Assembly (NCBI GenBank): GCA_963695435.1
Contig: OY968788.1
Location: 1 to 52,780, forward strand
From: an uncultured bacterium
GTDB taxonomy: Bacteria > Patescibacteriota > Kazan-3B-28
Direction: 5' to 3'
DNA length: 52,780 nucleotides
A program made the position numbers and the translations under genes. Positions 1 to 8,966 of this stretch are shown piece by piece (positions within the stretch are counted from its first letter, which is position 1; the number at the start of each line of letters is the position of its first letter). The notes under the pieces were generated by a model. That model saw only the letters and a program-made list of their open reading frames with translations, was not told the DNA's origin and did not search any database.

Positions 1-1
1 C

Positions 2-523
2 GAGGTGCTCGGCGTCCAGCTCACCGTCACGCTCGGCGCGCTGCTCGCGGACGTCGCGCACACACGCCCGGTCCCGCTCGTCGGCCTCGCGAGTGACGCC
101 GCGCTCGTCGAGCGCCACGCGCTGTCGCCGACCTCCTACGAGGGGCCGACCGGGATCACCGGCGTCCTCTACACCGCCTTCCAGGACGCGGGCCTGCCGT
201 CGGCCTCGCTGTGGGCGAGCGTCCCGCACTACGTCGCCGCGGCGCCGAACCCGAAGGCGTCGCTGGCGCTCGTGCGCAAGCTCGAGTCCATCGTCGGTGT
301 GAGCGTCGACGCGAGCGACCTGGAGACCGGCGCCGCCGAGTACGAGCAGCGGGTGACCCAGGCGGTCTCCGGCGACGACGACGTGCGCCAGTTCGTCGAG
401 CGCCTCGAGCAGGCCGCGGACGCCGAGGCACCGTCGCCCGAGCAGCAGGACGTCCCGTCGGGCGACGTGCTCGCGCGCGAGTTCCAGCGGTTCCTCTCGC
501 AGCGCCCGCCGCACGAGGACTGA
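2..523 (+). CDS. PAC2 (proteasome assembly chaperone 2-like) family protein, C-terminal part; the 5' end lies outside the window
   Basis: The frame is open from the window edge to TGA at 521-523. The translation (GITGVLYTAFQDAGLPSASLWASVPHYVAAAPNPKASLALVRKLE) resembles actinobacterial PAC2-family proteins from memory. This frame shows strong GC3 bias. Confidence 0.55.
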   Translation, partial: EVLGVQLTVTLGALLADVAHTRPVPLVGLASDAALVERHALSPTSYEGPTGITGVLYTAFQDAGLPSASLWASVPHYVAAAPNPKASLALVRKLESIVGVSVDASDLETGAAEYEQRVTQAVSGDDDVRQFVERLEQAADAEAPSPEQQDVPSGDVLAREFQRFLSQRPPHED

Positions 524-2272
524 TGCTTCACACGACGTCAACCTCGCGCCAACACGGCGAACATAGGCTGAGGAACGTGCCAGGCCTCCCCGGACCGGCC
601 CGTTCGCTGGTCCGCGTCGTGCGCGCGGCCTTCAGCACGCGCGACCTGCGACGGCTGGAGTTCGCCTGGGCCTGCACATCGGTGGCGCACTGGTCGGGCG
701 TCATCACGCTCGCGGTGTACGGGTACGGCGAGGGCGGAGCGGCGGCCGTCGGCCTGATCGGGCTCGCGCGGATGCTCCCCCGGGACTGTTCTCGCCGTTC
801 GCGAGCCTGCTCGGGGATCGCCATTCCCGCCGCGACGTGCTCATCGTCTCCTCGGCGCTGCGCCTGACGACGGGCCTGCTGCTCGGCGCGGCCGTGCTCG
901 CGGGTCTGCCGCTGCCGTTCGTCATCGCCATCGCGTCGCTGAAGACGATCGTCGGCGTGGCCTACAAGCCGGCCCAGGCGGCGCTGCTGCCGCAGCTCGC
1001 GCAGGCGCCGCGGCAGATGGCGGCGGCGAATGCCGTCTGGACGGGCGTGGACAGTGCGGGCTTCATCGTCGGGTCGATCGCCGGCGGCATCCTGATCGCC
1101 TCGCTGCCCGCCTCGACGGCGCTCGCGGCCACGGCGCTGCCCTACGGGCTCGCGGCTCTGGTCCTGCTCGCGATCCGTCGCGACCCGACGCCCGAGCACC
1201 GGCGGGCGGTCGAGGACGTGACGGTCCGCGAGGAGGTGCTCGCGGGCTTTCGCACGATCGCCGCGGTGCCGCAGCTGCGAACGCTCGTCGGGACGCTCAG
1301 CGCCGCGATGCTCATCCAGGGCACGGTCGACGCGCTCATCGTCATCTTCGGCCTCCAGACCCTCGGGCTGGCGACGTCCGAGATCGGCGTGCTGACCGCG
1401 ATGTGGGGGGTCGGGGGCATGTTCGGCGGCGTCGCGGCGCTCGGCCTGCTCGGACGCGGTCGGCTGGCCCGGGGTCTGGGGTTCGGGCTCGTGATCATGG
1501 GCACACCCCTGCTGGTCCTCTCGCTCGTCGACACGCTCCCGGTGGCGGTCGTGGTCTTCGTCTTCGTCGGCGTCGGCTATGCACTGGTGGCGGTCGCGGG
1601 GCTGACCCTGCTCCAGCGCCTGGCCTCCGACGACGTCCTCTCGCGCGTGTTCGGCGTCGTCGAGAGCACGTACGTCATCTCCATGGGCATCGGCGCCGCG
1701 CTCGCGCCGCTGCTCGTGTCCCTGCTCGGCGTGCGCGGCGCGCTGCTGGCGGTCGGGGCGTTCCTGCCGGTGCTCGCGCTCCTGCGCTGGCGGACGCTGG
1801 CGCGCTTCGAGGCCGGTCGCCCGATCCCCGAGCGTCCGTTCGTCCTGCTGCGCGGGGTCCCGCTGTTCCGCCGCTGCCGGTGGCGTCGATCGAGAACCTC
1901 GCGCTGCGGATCCATCCCGTCGAGATCGAGGAGGCCGCGACGATCTTCCATCAGGGCGACCGGGGCGATCGGTTCTACGTCGTCGACAGCGGCGAGGTCG
2001 AGGTGCTCGTCGACGGCACGTCCCGCCGGGTCGAGCGCGCCGGCGAGTTCTTCGGGGAGATCGCGCTGCTGCACGAGGTGCCGCGGACGGCCACGATCCG
2101 CACGCTCGGGCCGGCGCGGCTGTACGCGCTCGAGAGCGCCGAGTTCATCGAGAGCGTGACCGGGCACCCGCGGAGCATCCGGTCGGCGGATGCCGTCATC
2201 ACCTACCGCCTGGAGAACTCCGGCGCGTCAGCGGGCGCTGACACGCCGGTCTCAGCCGTCGACGGCGGCTGA
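523..2272 (+). pseudogene. MFS-type transporter fused to a C-terminal cyclic-nucleotide-binding domain, broken by two -1 frame changes (pseudogene or consensus errors)
   Basis: Three consecutive frames each carry sensible protein. Frame 1 (523/577 to ~780) reads ...LRRLEFAWACTSVAHWSGVITLAVYGYGEGG...LARMLP. Frame 0 (~780 to ~1868) is a multi-TM MFS body, PGLFSPFASLLGDRHSRRDVLIVSSALRL...LLRGVPLF. Frame 2 (~1871-2272) reads PLPVASIENLALRIHPVEIEEAATIFHQGDRGDRFYVVDSGEVEV...FFGEIALL...RTATI, a cNMP-binding fold. The first shift sits in the C5 run at 777-781; one extra C would give MLPPGLFSPF. The second sits at about 1866-1871. Confidence 0.6.
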
Positions 2273-3412
2273 CGCCGGCCGGCCGCGGGCGCCCGGCCGC
2301 GCGGCGGTCGGCCGCGCGCGACCCGCGACGCGCCGGTGCGACCAGTCGATCGCCGGGCGCTCCACGAGCTTCCAGCTGAGCCACCCGGCCAGGACCGACA
2401 CCGCGAGCACCATCAGGAGGCGGGGCACGAACGGCTTCGGCAGGACGCCGGCGCTGCGCAGCACGAGGATCAGCGGCAGGTGCCAGAGGTACAGGCCGTA
2501 GGAGATGACGCCCGCCCCGGCCAGCGGCCTCCACGCCAATCCGTGCAGGACGGGACCGCGCCCCGCGGCGACCGCGCCGATCACGAGCGCGAAGCCCGCC
2601 GCGGCGGGCAGGTCGCGCAGCGGCCCGCGCCAGCCGTCCAGGTCGCAGGGCGTCTCCCCCCAGACGGCGTGACCGACGACGAGCGCGGCCCCCGCGAGCG
2701 CGGCGAGGGTCGTCGTGCGCGCGGTGAGGGTGGGCGCGCCGGAGCGCCGCCGCAGCTCGATCCACAGCGCCGCGAGCATCCCGCAGGCGAACACGCCCAT
2801 GAACGTCGGGAGCGCCTTCTGGACCACGTCGTTCCAGCCCTGCTCGTAGACGATGCGGTTCCAGCCCGTCGCGAGCGCGATGATCGCGACGAGCAGCGCG
2901 GCCTGGGCCCGGGGCCGCGCGCCGAGCTTCAGCGCGAGCAGCCCGATGAGCGGGAGGACGAGGTAGAACGCGACCTCGACGCAGAGCGTCCAGGCGACCG
3001 GGATCAGCTGCATGATCGTGTCCATCGAGTAGTTCTGCCCGAACACGAGGAACAGCGGCAGCTCGCGGGCCGACGGGGTGATGTTGTCGGGTCCGAAGAT
3101 CGCGTAGAGCGCGAGGACGCCGAAGATCGCGACGTCGTAGGCCGGGACGATGCGGGCCACGCGGCGGATCGCGTAGGTGCCGACGTCCGGGCGCGGGCCG
3201 CCGAGCGCCGCGCGCACGAACGTGCGGTAGAGGAGGTACCCCGAGAGGACGAAGAAGCAGACGAGCCCCAGGTGCAGCGCGAAGCCGATCTGATCCAGCA
3301 GCGCGTCGGAGCGCCCCGGCGGCCGGTCCCGGTAGAGCCAGACGTGGAACACCAGCACCGACAGCGCGGCGATGCCGCGGATCCCGTCGATGGCGGCGTT
3401 GCGCACCGGCAT
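2252..3412 (-). CDS. Acyltransferase family 3 (OafA/YrhL-like) integral membrane protein
   Basis: The 386-aa ORF starts MPVRNAAIDGIRGIAALSVLVFHVW, the typical acyltransferase_3 N-terminus, followed by about 10 hydrophobic segments. Its 3' end overlaps the convergent upstream gene by 21 nt (2252-2272). Confidence 0.8.
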   Translation of the reverse strand: MPVRNAAIDGIRGIAALSVLVFHVWLYRDRPPGRSDALLDQIGFALHLGLVCFFVLSGYLLYRTFVRAALGGPRPDVGTYAIRRVARIVPAYDVAIFGVLALYAIFGPDNITPSARELPLFLVFGQNYSMDTIMQLIPVAWTLCVEVAFYLVLPLIGLLALKLGARPRAQAALLVAIIALATGWNRIVYEQGWNDVVQKALPTFMGVFACGMLAALWIELRRRSGAPTLTARTTTLAALAGAALVVGHAVWGETPCDLDGWRGPLRDLPAAAGFALVIGAVAAGRGPVLHGLAWRPLAGAGVISYGLYLWHLPLILVLRSAGVLPKPFVPRLLMVLAVSVLAGWLSWKLVERPAIDWSHRRVAGRARPTAARPGARGRPASAAVDG

Positions 3413-3513
3413 GGTGGTGCGGACGGTAGCGGGATCCGTGGGGTGTCTGTAGGGGGCGTCTGAGATTGATCAGCGATCCGCGAGCGGATCCCTGTCCTGC
3501 CAGGGGGCCCTAC

Positions 3514-4140
3514 CTACCGCTCCGCCGCCGGGCACGCGATCCGGTAGTCGCAGATCGCGCAGGCGGCGTAGCTCGGCGTCGGCTCGAACCCCTGGCTGCC
3601 GATGCCGTCGGCGACCTCGAGCACCGTCTCGCCGATGCGGGCCGCGTCGACGTCGCCGCCCGGCAGCGGGACCTTCTCGTCGTCCAGGACGTAGAGGTAG
3701 GACTGCACCGGGGACTCGACCTCCCACGCCTCGCGCGCCGCGAGCGCGTAGAGGCTGAGCTGCACGTCGTCGCGCAGCTGCGCCTCGGTCCTCGGCCGTC
3801 CCGTCTTGTAGTCGATCAGCTCGTACCCGCCCTCGGGCAGGCGGTCCACCCGGTCCACCCGCCCGCGCAGCGTGTGCGGGCCCAGCCGGAAGGTGAAGGA
3901 CTTCTCGAACCACACCGGCTCGCCGTCCTCCGTCCGCCGCCGCTCCTCGTAGCGGTGCAGCGCGGTCTCGGCCTTCGCGCGCAGCTGGCGCTCCTCGTCG
4001 CCCGCCCCCAGCCCGCCGCGGCGCCAGGAGGCGTCGAGCAGCCCGAGCAGCTCGTCGACGGAGCCTCCGCCGGACTGGTGGTAGCGCTCGAGGACCTGGT
4101 GGACGACGATGCCGAAGCGCTGATTGAGGGCCTTGGGGTT
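3514..4140 (-). CDS. C-terminal PD-(D/E)XK (RecB/AddB/Cas4-like) nuclease domain fragment; the N-terminal part of the parent gene is absent
   Basis: This is the high-GC distal ~207 codons of ORF 3514..5082. Nuclease motifs appear in order: [33 protein letters not shown], and a terminal Cys cluster [10 protein letters not shown]. There is no start codon of its own, and it is fused in frame to recA. Confidence 0.7.
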   Translation of the reverse strand, partial: NPKALNQRFGIVVHQVLERYHQSGGGSVDELLGLLDASWRRGGLGAGDEERQLRAKAETALHRYEERRRTEDGEPVWFEKSFTFRLGPHTLRGRVDRVDRLPEGGYELIDYKTGRPRTEAQLRDDVQLSLYALAAREAWEVESPVQSYLYVLDDEKVPLPGGDVDAARIGETVLEVADGIGSQGFEPTPSYAACAICDYRIACPAAER

Positions 4141-4150
4141 GTCGATTAGA
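4125..4150. other. Compositional breakpoint / chimeric join between the high-GC block and the low-GC replicon
   Basis: Sequence to the left (…gccgaagcgctgattgagggccttggggtt) is GC-rich. Sequence to the right (gtcgattagatattgttttgcgg…) is AT-richer. Both flanking genes are truncated exactly here, yet the reading frame stays open. Confidence 0.8.
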
Positions 4151-5082
4151 TATTGTTTTGCGGCTTCGCGGCCTTGTCCAATTTTTTCGCCATTGTACTC
4201 GTACCATGCGCCACTTTTGTTCAGGAGCCCAAGCGGCACACCTAAGTCTACAATTTCACCCGCGTGAGAAATGCCTTGGTTGAACATGACATCAAATTCT
4301 GCTTGGCGGAAAGGCGAAGCTACTTTATTTTTTACGACCTTCACGCGAACATGGTTGCCGATAGGATTGTCGCCATCTTTCAGTGTTTCCACTCGGCGAA
4401 TGTCCATCCGAATCGAGGAATAAAATTTGAGCGCGTTGCCGCCGGTGGTGGTTTCCGGATTGCCAAACATAATCCCAATCTTCATCCGAATTTGGTTGAT
4501 GAAAATAATGGTTGTTTTGGAGCGACCGGTGACGGCAGTGATTTTGCGTAACGCCTGGCTCATCAATCGCGCTTGCAGACCCATATGCGAATCTCCCATA
4601 TCACCATCTATTTCAGCCTTGGGGGTAAGTGCGGCGACGGAGTCAATCACGATAATACCAACTGCGTTGGAACGAATGAGCGCTTCGACAATACCGAGTG
4701 CTTGTTCACCAGTGTCCGGTTGGGAAATGAGCAATTCTTTTATGTTCACCCCAATGCGCTTGGCGTATTCGGGGTCAAGAGCATGTTCAGCGTCAACGAA
4801 CGCCGCTACTTCACCTTTCTTTTGCGCTTGCGCAACAATATTCAAAGCTAGGGTAGTTTTGCCTGAAGATTCCGGCCCGAAAATTTCAATAACTCTGCCC
4901 TTGGGGACACCGCCTACACCCAATGCTATATCCAACCCCAAAGAGCCGGTGGGGGTTACTTCTACATCCAATAGTTTGGTATCACCCAAACGCATAATTG
5001 AACCTTCGCCAAAATCTTTATGAATTGCATCCAAGGTAGCATCAAGACTGTTAGCGGGGGAGACGACTGGGGTCTTAGCCAT
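4141..5082 (-). CDS. recA: Recombinase RecA (3'-truncated at the join; about 314 codons present)
   Basis: The ORF begins [34 protein letters not shown]. It has Walker [13 protein letters not shown] and the motifs [21 protein letters not shown] and [17 protein letters not shown]. The last recognisable RecA residues are ...[17 protein letters not shown]. Confidence 0.95.
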
Positions 5083-5104
5083 AGTGAGAGTCCTTTCTTA
5101 AAAA

Positions 5105-5596
5105 TTAGCGATAGTTAATAAATTGAAGAGGAATATCTAAATTGGAGTTTTTGAGTAAGTCCATAACGGCCTGAAGGGTATCAAGGCTGGGGTTGGTCAC
5201 ACGAATAGTTTCGCCCTGAATGGCGGTTTTGACTTTCGGATAAGTGTCGCGAACTAGTTTATTAATTTGCTTGGCTCGTTCTGACGAGACACCCGAAATC
5301 AGTGGGATAGTGGAACGGATTTGCCCTTGAGTGGCTGGTTCATTTTTGGGTTCGCCTAAGATTTTTAGGGTAAGCCCGCGGCGCAGCAACTTCGTATCCA
5401 GCACATCTCTGACCGCCTTTAGTTTATACTCGTCCGCGGTCGTAATCACCAGCTGGGTAGCTTCTTGTTTGATCTCTACCGGGACATCTTTGAAGTCATA
5501 TCGCACGGCAATTTCTTTTCGAGTTTGGTCGAGCGCGTTGACCAACTCCTGGCCATCAATTTCCGAAACAATATCAAAACTGTGGTCGCTTGCCAT
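5105..5596 (-). CDS. yajQ: YajQ family (UPF0234) nucleotide-binding protein
   Basis: The 163-aa protein starts SFDIVSEIDGQEL and contains RYDFK, IQGETIRVT and LQAVM. It is collinear with E. coli YajQ as recalled. Confidence 0.85.
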   Translation of the reverse strand: MASDHSFDIVSEIDGQELVNALDQTRKEIAVRYDFKDVPVEIKQEATQLVITTADEYKLKAVRDVLDTKLLRRGLTLKILGEPKNEPATQGQIRSTIPLISGVSSERAKQINKLVRDTYPKVKTAIQGETIRVTNPSLDTLQAVMDLLKNSNLDIPLQFINYR

Positions 5597-5598
5597 CT

Positions 5599-7818
5599 CT
5601 AGTAATCCTCGCCTTCAACAAATTCTTCGCCTGTTGTCTCGTCTAAATCTTTTCTGCCGGTGAAACTGGCGAGCTGTTCGCGTTTGATCAGAATGTCGCG
5701 TGCCTTGGCTCCATCACCCGGGCCAATCACTCCTTTTTCTTCTAAGATATCCAAAAGTCTGGCTGCGCGAGCATAACCAACTCGGAAACGGCGCTGCAAA
5801 TACGATGCCGACGCTTTGCCGGTCTTTACTACCAAATCTATCGCTTCGTTGGTCAGGGGGTCGGATTCACTATCATCGCCACCAAATGTACCGGGGCCTG
5901 ATTTGGTGTCCTGTAGAACTTCCGGTATGTATTGGGGAGCGTCGATTGATTTGAGAGCATCGGTAACCGATTTGATTTCTTTATCGCTAATAAAACAAGC
6001 CTGAATACGCTTTGGCTTGGCGGCATCTGAAGGCATAAACAGCATATCTCCGTTGCCCAACAATTTATCAGCGCCGACCGTGTCTAAAATAGTGCGAGAA
6101 TCAACGCCGGATGTAACAGCAAAAGCAATTCGAGAAGGGAAGTTCGCCTTGATGAGACCAGTGATAACATCCACAGACGGACGCTGGGTAGCGAGAATCA
6201 AATGAATGCCGACAGCGCGAGACATTTGAGCGAGGCGACATATGTAGGCTTCAACTTCGCGGGCAGATACCGCCATCAAGTCGGCCAACTCATCAATCAC
6301 TAGCACAATGTAGGGCAACTTATTTTCTTCGCCGACCTGTTTGTTGAAACTCATTATTTCTTTCACTTTGAGCTCGGACATCACCCGATAACGACGCTCC
6401 ATCTCCGCCACCAGCCACTTCATTGAGTTGATGGTTTTGTGTGGGTCAACAATGACAGGAGAAAGAAGATGAGGGACATCATTATAGTTGGTGAATTCAA
6501 CTCTCTTCGGGTCAACCAAAATCAACCGAAGGTCGGCAGGTGAATTTTGATATAGGAGACTTACCAGAATATCATTTAGAAAAACGCTTTTGCCAGCACC
6601 TGTGGCACCGGCGATTAGCAAATGAGGCATCCTCAACAAATCGGTTGCCATTGGTACGCCGGCAACATCACGACCGAGAGGCAGACGAAGCACGGATTTA
6701 ACATTCTGAAATCCTTCCGATTCCATTACTTCACGCAAACGAACCAACGCAGTCTTTTTGTTCGGGACTTCCACACCAACCAATGAACGACCGGGGATAG
6801 GGGCTTCAATACGAATTGGGTGGGCGGCTAGTGATAACGCTAAGTCATTAGAAAGATTAGAGATTCGAGACAGTTTGATACCGGCGGCAGGTTTCAGGGT
6901 GTATTGGGTAACAGTTGGCCCAACATTTACTTCATGCATTTCTACCGGAATCCCAAAGTCCTCCAGAGTCTCCCGAATAATTGAAACATTGTTGGTAATG
7001 TTCCCGCTATCAACCTTGGTTGTGATATCACTCAACAAGTCTAGTGACGGGGGAGTCCAGTCACCGCTCGGAATAAAGCGGGGGATGAAATCAGTGTCTC
7101 TGCCTTTGACCCCATTGATAACCGGCTTGAGTGGACCAGTGGCTGGTTCTTCGGAATCTTCGTCCTCTTCTTCTTTCCCTTTGCGACCCAACTTTCCTTT
7201 GGGTAGATTGTCGTTGATTTTAATATCTGGGATTGTCGGCAACGAGAAGCGGGTGCGCAAATAGATTTCGCGAAGAGGCAGCCCAAAGGCAAACAAAAGT
7301 GAAACCGCAAACATAACACCAATCAACAAGAATGATGCCCAAAAATCCATCACACTGATTAAGAACCGAGTGATGAAATAACCAAGGTACCCACCACCAT
7401 TACCGGAAGTCGCTAAATCCAGCCCGACTTCAGGACCGGTAAAAACATGGATCAGCGAAGATAGCGACACAACAAATAAAATCAGCCCGATAACATTAGC
7501 TGTTTTGAATTTGAAACGGGAAGGGAAGAACAACCCGATGCCTGCGATAGCAAGAAGAACTGGGAATACAAAACTAGTCCAACCGAACCCAATCCGAAGT
7601 CCTGCATAGAAAATCTGACCAAAACTTCCCGCTAACCCCAAAATGGCGAGTAGGGTAAAGACACCTAGACCTACCAGAACGATACCGAAAATCTCCCGAG
7701 TTACTTCGGGATCAAGTTCTAGATCAAAGTTCCAGTCCTTGAGGAACTTGCTAGTTTGGTAGGAACGATAGCGATATCGTCGGGCCCCAGTTTTTCTTCT
7801 CTTTCTACGACGCGCCAT
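5599..7818 (-). CDS. ftsK: DNA translocase FtsK/SpoIIIE
   Basis: N-terminal TM helices are followed by an acidic linker and a motor domain with Walker A GATGAGKSV and Walker B LVIDELADL. The C-terminus has a gamma-like winged helix (SYLQRRFRVGYARAARLLD). Confidence 0.9.
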   Translation of the reverse strand: MARRRKRRKTGARRYRYRSYQTSKFLKDWNFDLELDPEVTREIFGIVLVGLGVFTLLAILGLAGSFGQIFYAGLRIGFGWTSFVFPVLLAIAGIGLFFPSRFKFKTANVIGLILFVVSLSSLIHVFTGPEVGLDLATSGNGGGYLGYFITRFLISVMDFWASFLLIGVMFAVSLLFAFGLPLREIYLRTRFSLPTIPDIKINDNLPKGKLGRKGKEEEDEDSEEPATGPLKPVINGVKGRDTDFIPRFIPSGDWTPPSLDLLSDITTKVDSGNITNNVSIIRETLEDFGIPVEMHEVNVGPTVTQYTLKPAAGIKLSRISNLSNDLALSLAAHPIRIEAPIPGRSLVGVEVPNKKTALVRLREVMESEGFQNVKSVLRLPLGRDVAGVPMATDLLRMPHLLIAGATGAGKSVFLNDILVSLLYQNSPADLRLILVDPKRVEFTNYNDVPHLLSPVIVDPHKTINSMKWLVAEMERRYRVMSELKVKEIMSFNKQVGEENKLPYIVLVIDELADLMAVSAREVEAYICRLAQMSRAVGIHLILATQRPSVDVITGLIKANFPSRIAFAVTSGVDSRTILDTVGADKLLGNGDMLFMPSDAAKPKRIQACFISDKEIKSVTDALKSIDAPQYIPEVLQDTKSGPGTFGGDDSESDPLTNEAIDLVVKTGKASASYLQRRFRVGYARAARLLDILEEKGVIGPGDGAKARDILIKREQLASFTGRKDLDETTGEEFVEGEDY

Positions 7819-7837
7819 AGGTGATTTTTACTAGGTA

Positions 7838-7846
7838 ATTATACCA
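7838..7846 (-). promoter_or_regulatory. Extended -10 promoter element (TGgTATAAT) upstream of ftsK
   Basis: The reverse complement of attatacca reads TGGTATAAT. The TATAAT hexamer ends 19 nt upstream of the ftsK ATG (7818). The -35 element is weak. Confidence 0.45.
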
Positions 7847-7971
7847 TAGGAGGTGGGCATAAATAATTGGTGAGAAAATAAGGCTGGGAGCGAATAATTT
7901 GACCTTGACGCCTTGTTGTGATAGGCTGTTGGCACAAGGGGGAGCGTCCCTTGAATTTTAGGAGGTGGCTC

Positions 7972-8913
7972 ATGAGAGCCCTAATAATATTCTTTGTCGC
8001 CACCCTGGTGGCGATGATGTCGGTGGCTGCGGGAGCCACTAGCGGTGGTTGGTTTGTCAGCCAAGACAAACCCGATGTCACCGTCGTTTACGAAATCAGC
8101 GGTCATTTGACCGTTACTGACAATCTCGATGGAGATATCGAGACTGGCTCCTTCGTGAAAGCGGAGGGGGCATCAATCACGGGGATACTTGTTACCTCTA
8201 AGAAAAATCCTTTTGGGATGAAGTGCTTGCTGGGAGGCAAGCGCGAATTCTACATCAACGCCCAAGACAGCTGCCAATTGCCTAACGGCCAGGGGCAGCT
8301 AGTTATTCGGTGGGGTGAAGACGGGCCAACTGTTGTTCTTAGAACCGTCAAAAGGGATTTGGACGAGAGGGACTACTTTATTTACAGGGAGCAACCCAAG
8401 GAGCCAGTGGCTGTACCTACTACAGCACTGCCCACTCCTGCCCCTACGCGAGATGTTGGTATCCCTGACGGGGAATACCTTCGTCTTTGTTGGTGGGGCG
8501 GCTTTACCAAGGACGGGAACCCACGGGTGGACCCGAATCATGCGGTTGTCTGGTGGAGCGTTGAGTACCCGCCTATAAGTTTCTCTTGGTTGTTATATCA
8601 GTGGGAATTATGGGGCGAAGAACGCTCCCTATACCGCGCTGACGAACAACAGAAAACAACGGGTACCGATGAACCATCGGCGGTGATGGCTACCGTTGAA
8701 GAAGGAGTCCCTGTAATCCTGGCCGAGGAGACCCGGAGACTTAAGATCCCTGGGGCCGGAGAGGTGACACTTGGCTTCGTGGAAAAGGGAGTAAGTAAGA
8801 TTCAGGCAGGCGATTGGCCCCACATCGAGGTATCGATGCTTGAGGGGGGTCGCCCCCAGCAAGCCATTCTTCTACGCCGTGGTGGCGAATGGGAGTGGCT
8901 ACCACTAGAATAG
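7972..8913 (+). CDS. Secreted hypothetical protein (Trp-rich, no recognisable family)
   Basis: An internal ATG at 7972 is preceded by AGGAGG (7960-7965) and opens a signal-peptide-like MRALIIFFVATLVAMMSVAAGA. The gene lies on the opposite strand to all neighbours. It ends before a perfect bidirectional hairpin. Confidence 0.55.
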   Translation: MRALIIFFVATLVAMMSVAAGATSGGWFVSQDKPDVTVVYEISGHLTVTDNLDGDIETGSFVKAEGASITGILVTSKKNPFGMKCLLGGKREFYINAQDSCQLPNGQGQLVIRWGEDGPTVVLRTVKRDLDERDYFIYREQPKEPVAVPTTALPTPAPTRDVGIPDGEYLRLCWWGGFTKDGNPRVDPNHAVVWWSVEYPPISFSWLLYQWELWGEERSLYRADEQQKTTGTDEPSAVMATVEEGVPVILAEETRRLKIPGAGEVTLGFVEKGVSKIQAGDWPHIEVSMLEGGRPQQAILLRRGGEWEWLPLE

Positions 8914-8926
8914 TACTTTGACTAAA

Positions 8927-8954
8927 AGAGCCGGCACCTTCGGGTGCCGGCTCT
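8927..8954. terminator. Bidirectional intrinsic terminator hairpin between convergent genes
   Basis: A perfect 12-bp stem agagccggcacc / ggtgccggctct surrounds the loop ttcg. A/T-rich runs flank both sides. Confidence 0.75.
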
Positions 8955-8966
8955 CTTCGATTTAAA

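Noticed and set aside
3475-3490. Short GC hairpin gatccg-cgag-cggatc downstream of the nuclease fragment, considered as a terminator
   Set aside because: The stem is only 6 bp and there is no T-tract. In DNA this GC-rich such palindromes arise readily by chance, so it is too weak to annotate.
4100-4200. The GC step as the boundary of a genomic island, prophage or integrative element
   Set aside because: There is no integrase, transposase, tRNA or direct repeat at or near the boundary. The break falls inside coding sequence and truncates both genes.
156-4207. Numerous long ORFs in the high-GC block on alternative frames or strands (e.g. 156..431-, 211..867+ N-terminal part, 528..1199-, 1142..1534-, 1577..2167-, 2199..2765-, 2336..3463+, 3466..4149+, 3470..4207-)
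   Set aside because: The translations are Arg/Pro/Ala/Gly-rich low-complexity strings, typical of stop-codon-poor off-frames in DNA above 70% GC. Each overlaps a frame with recognisable domain content.
4264-5023. Plus-strand ORFs 4264..4551, 4427..5023 and 4573..4851
   Set aside because: They are antisense to the unambiguous recA coding sequence and have no recognisable motifs.
3514-5082. The 522-aa ORF as a genuine RecA-nuclease fusion protein
   Set aside because: The two halves differ sharply in GC and codon style. The switch occurs within about 20 nt. Each half is a truncated version of a normal stand-alone gene. An artefactual join explains this far better than an evolved fusion.
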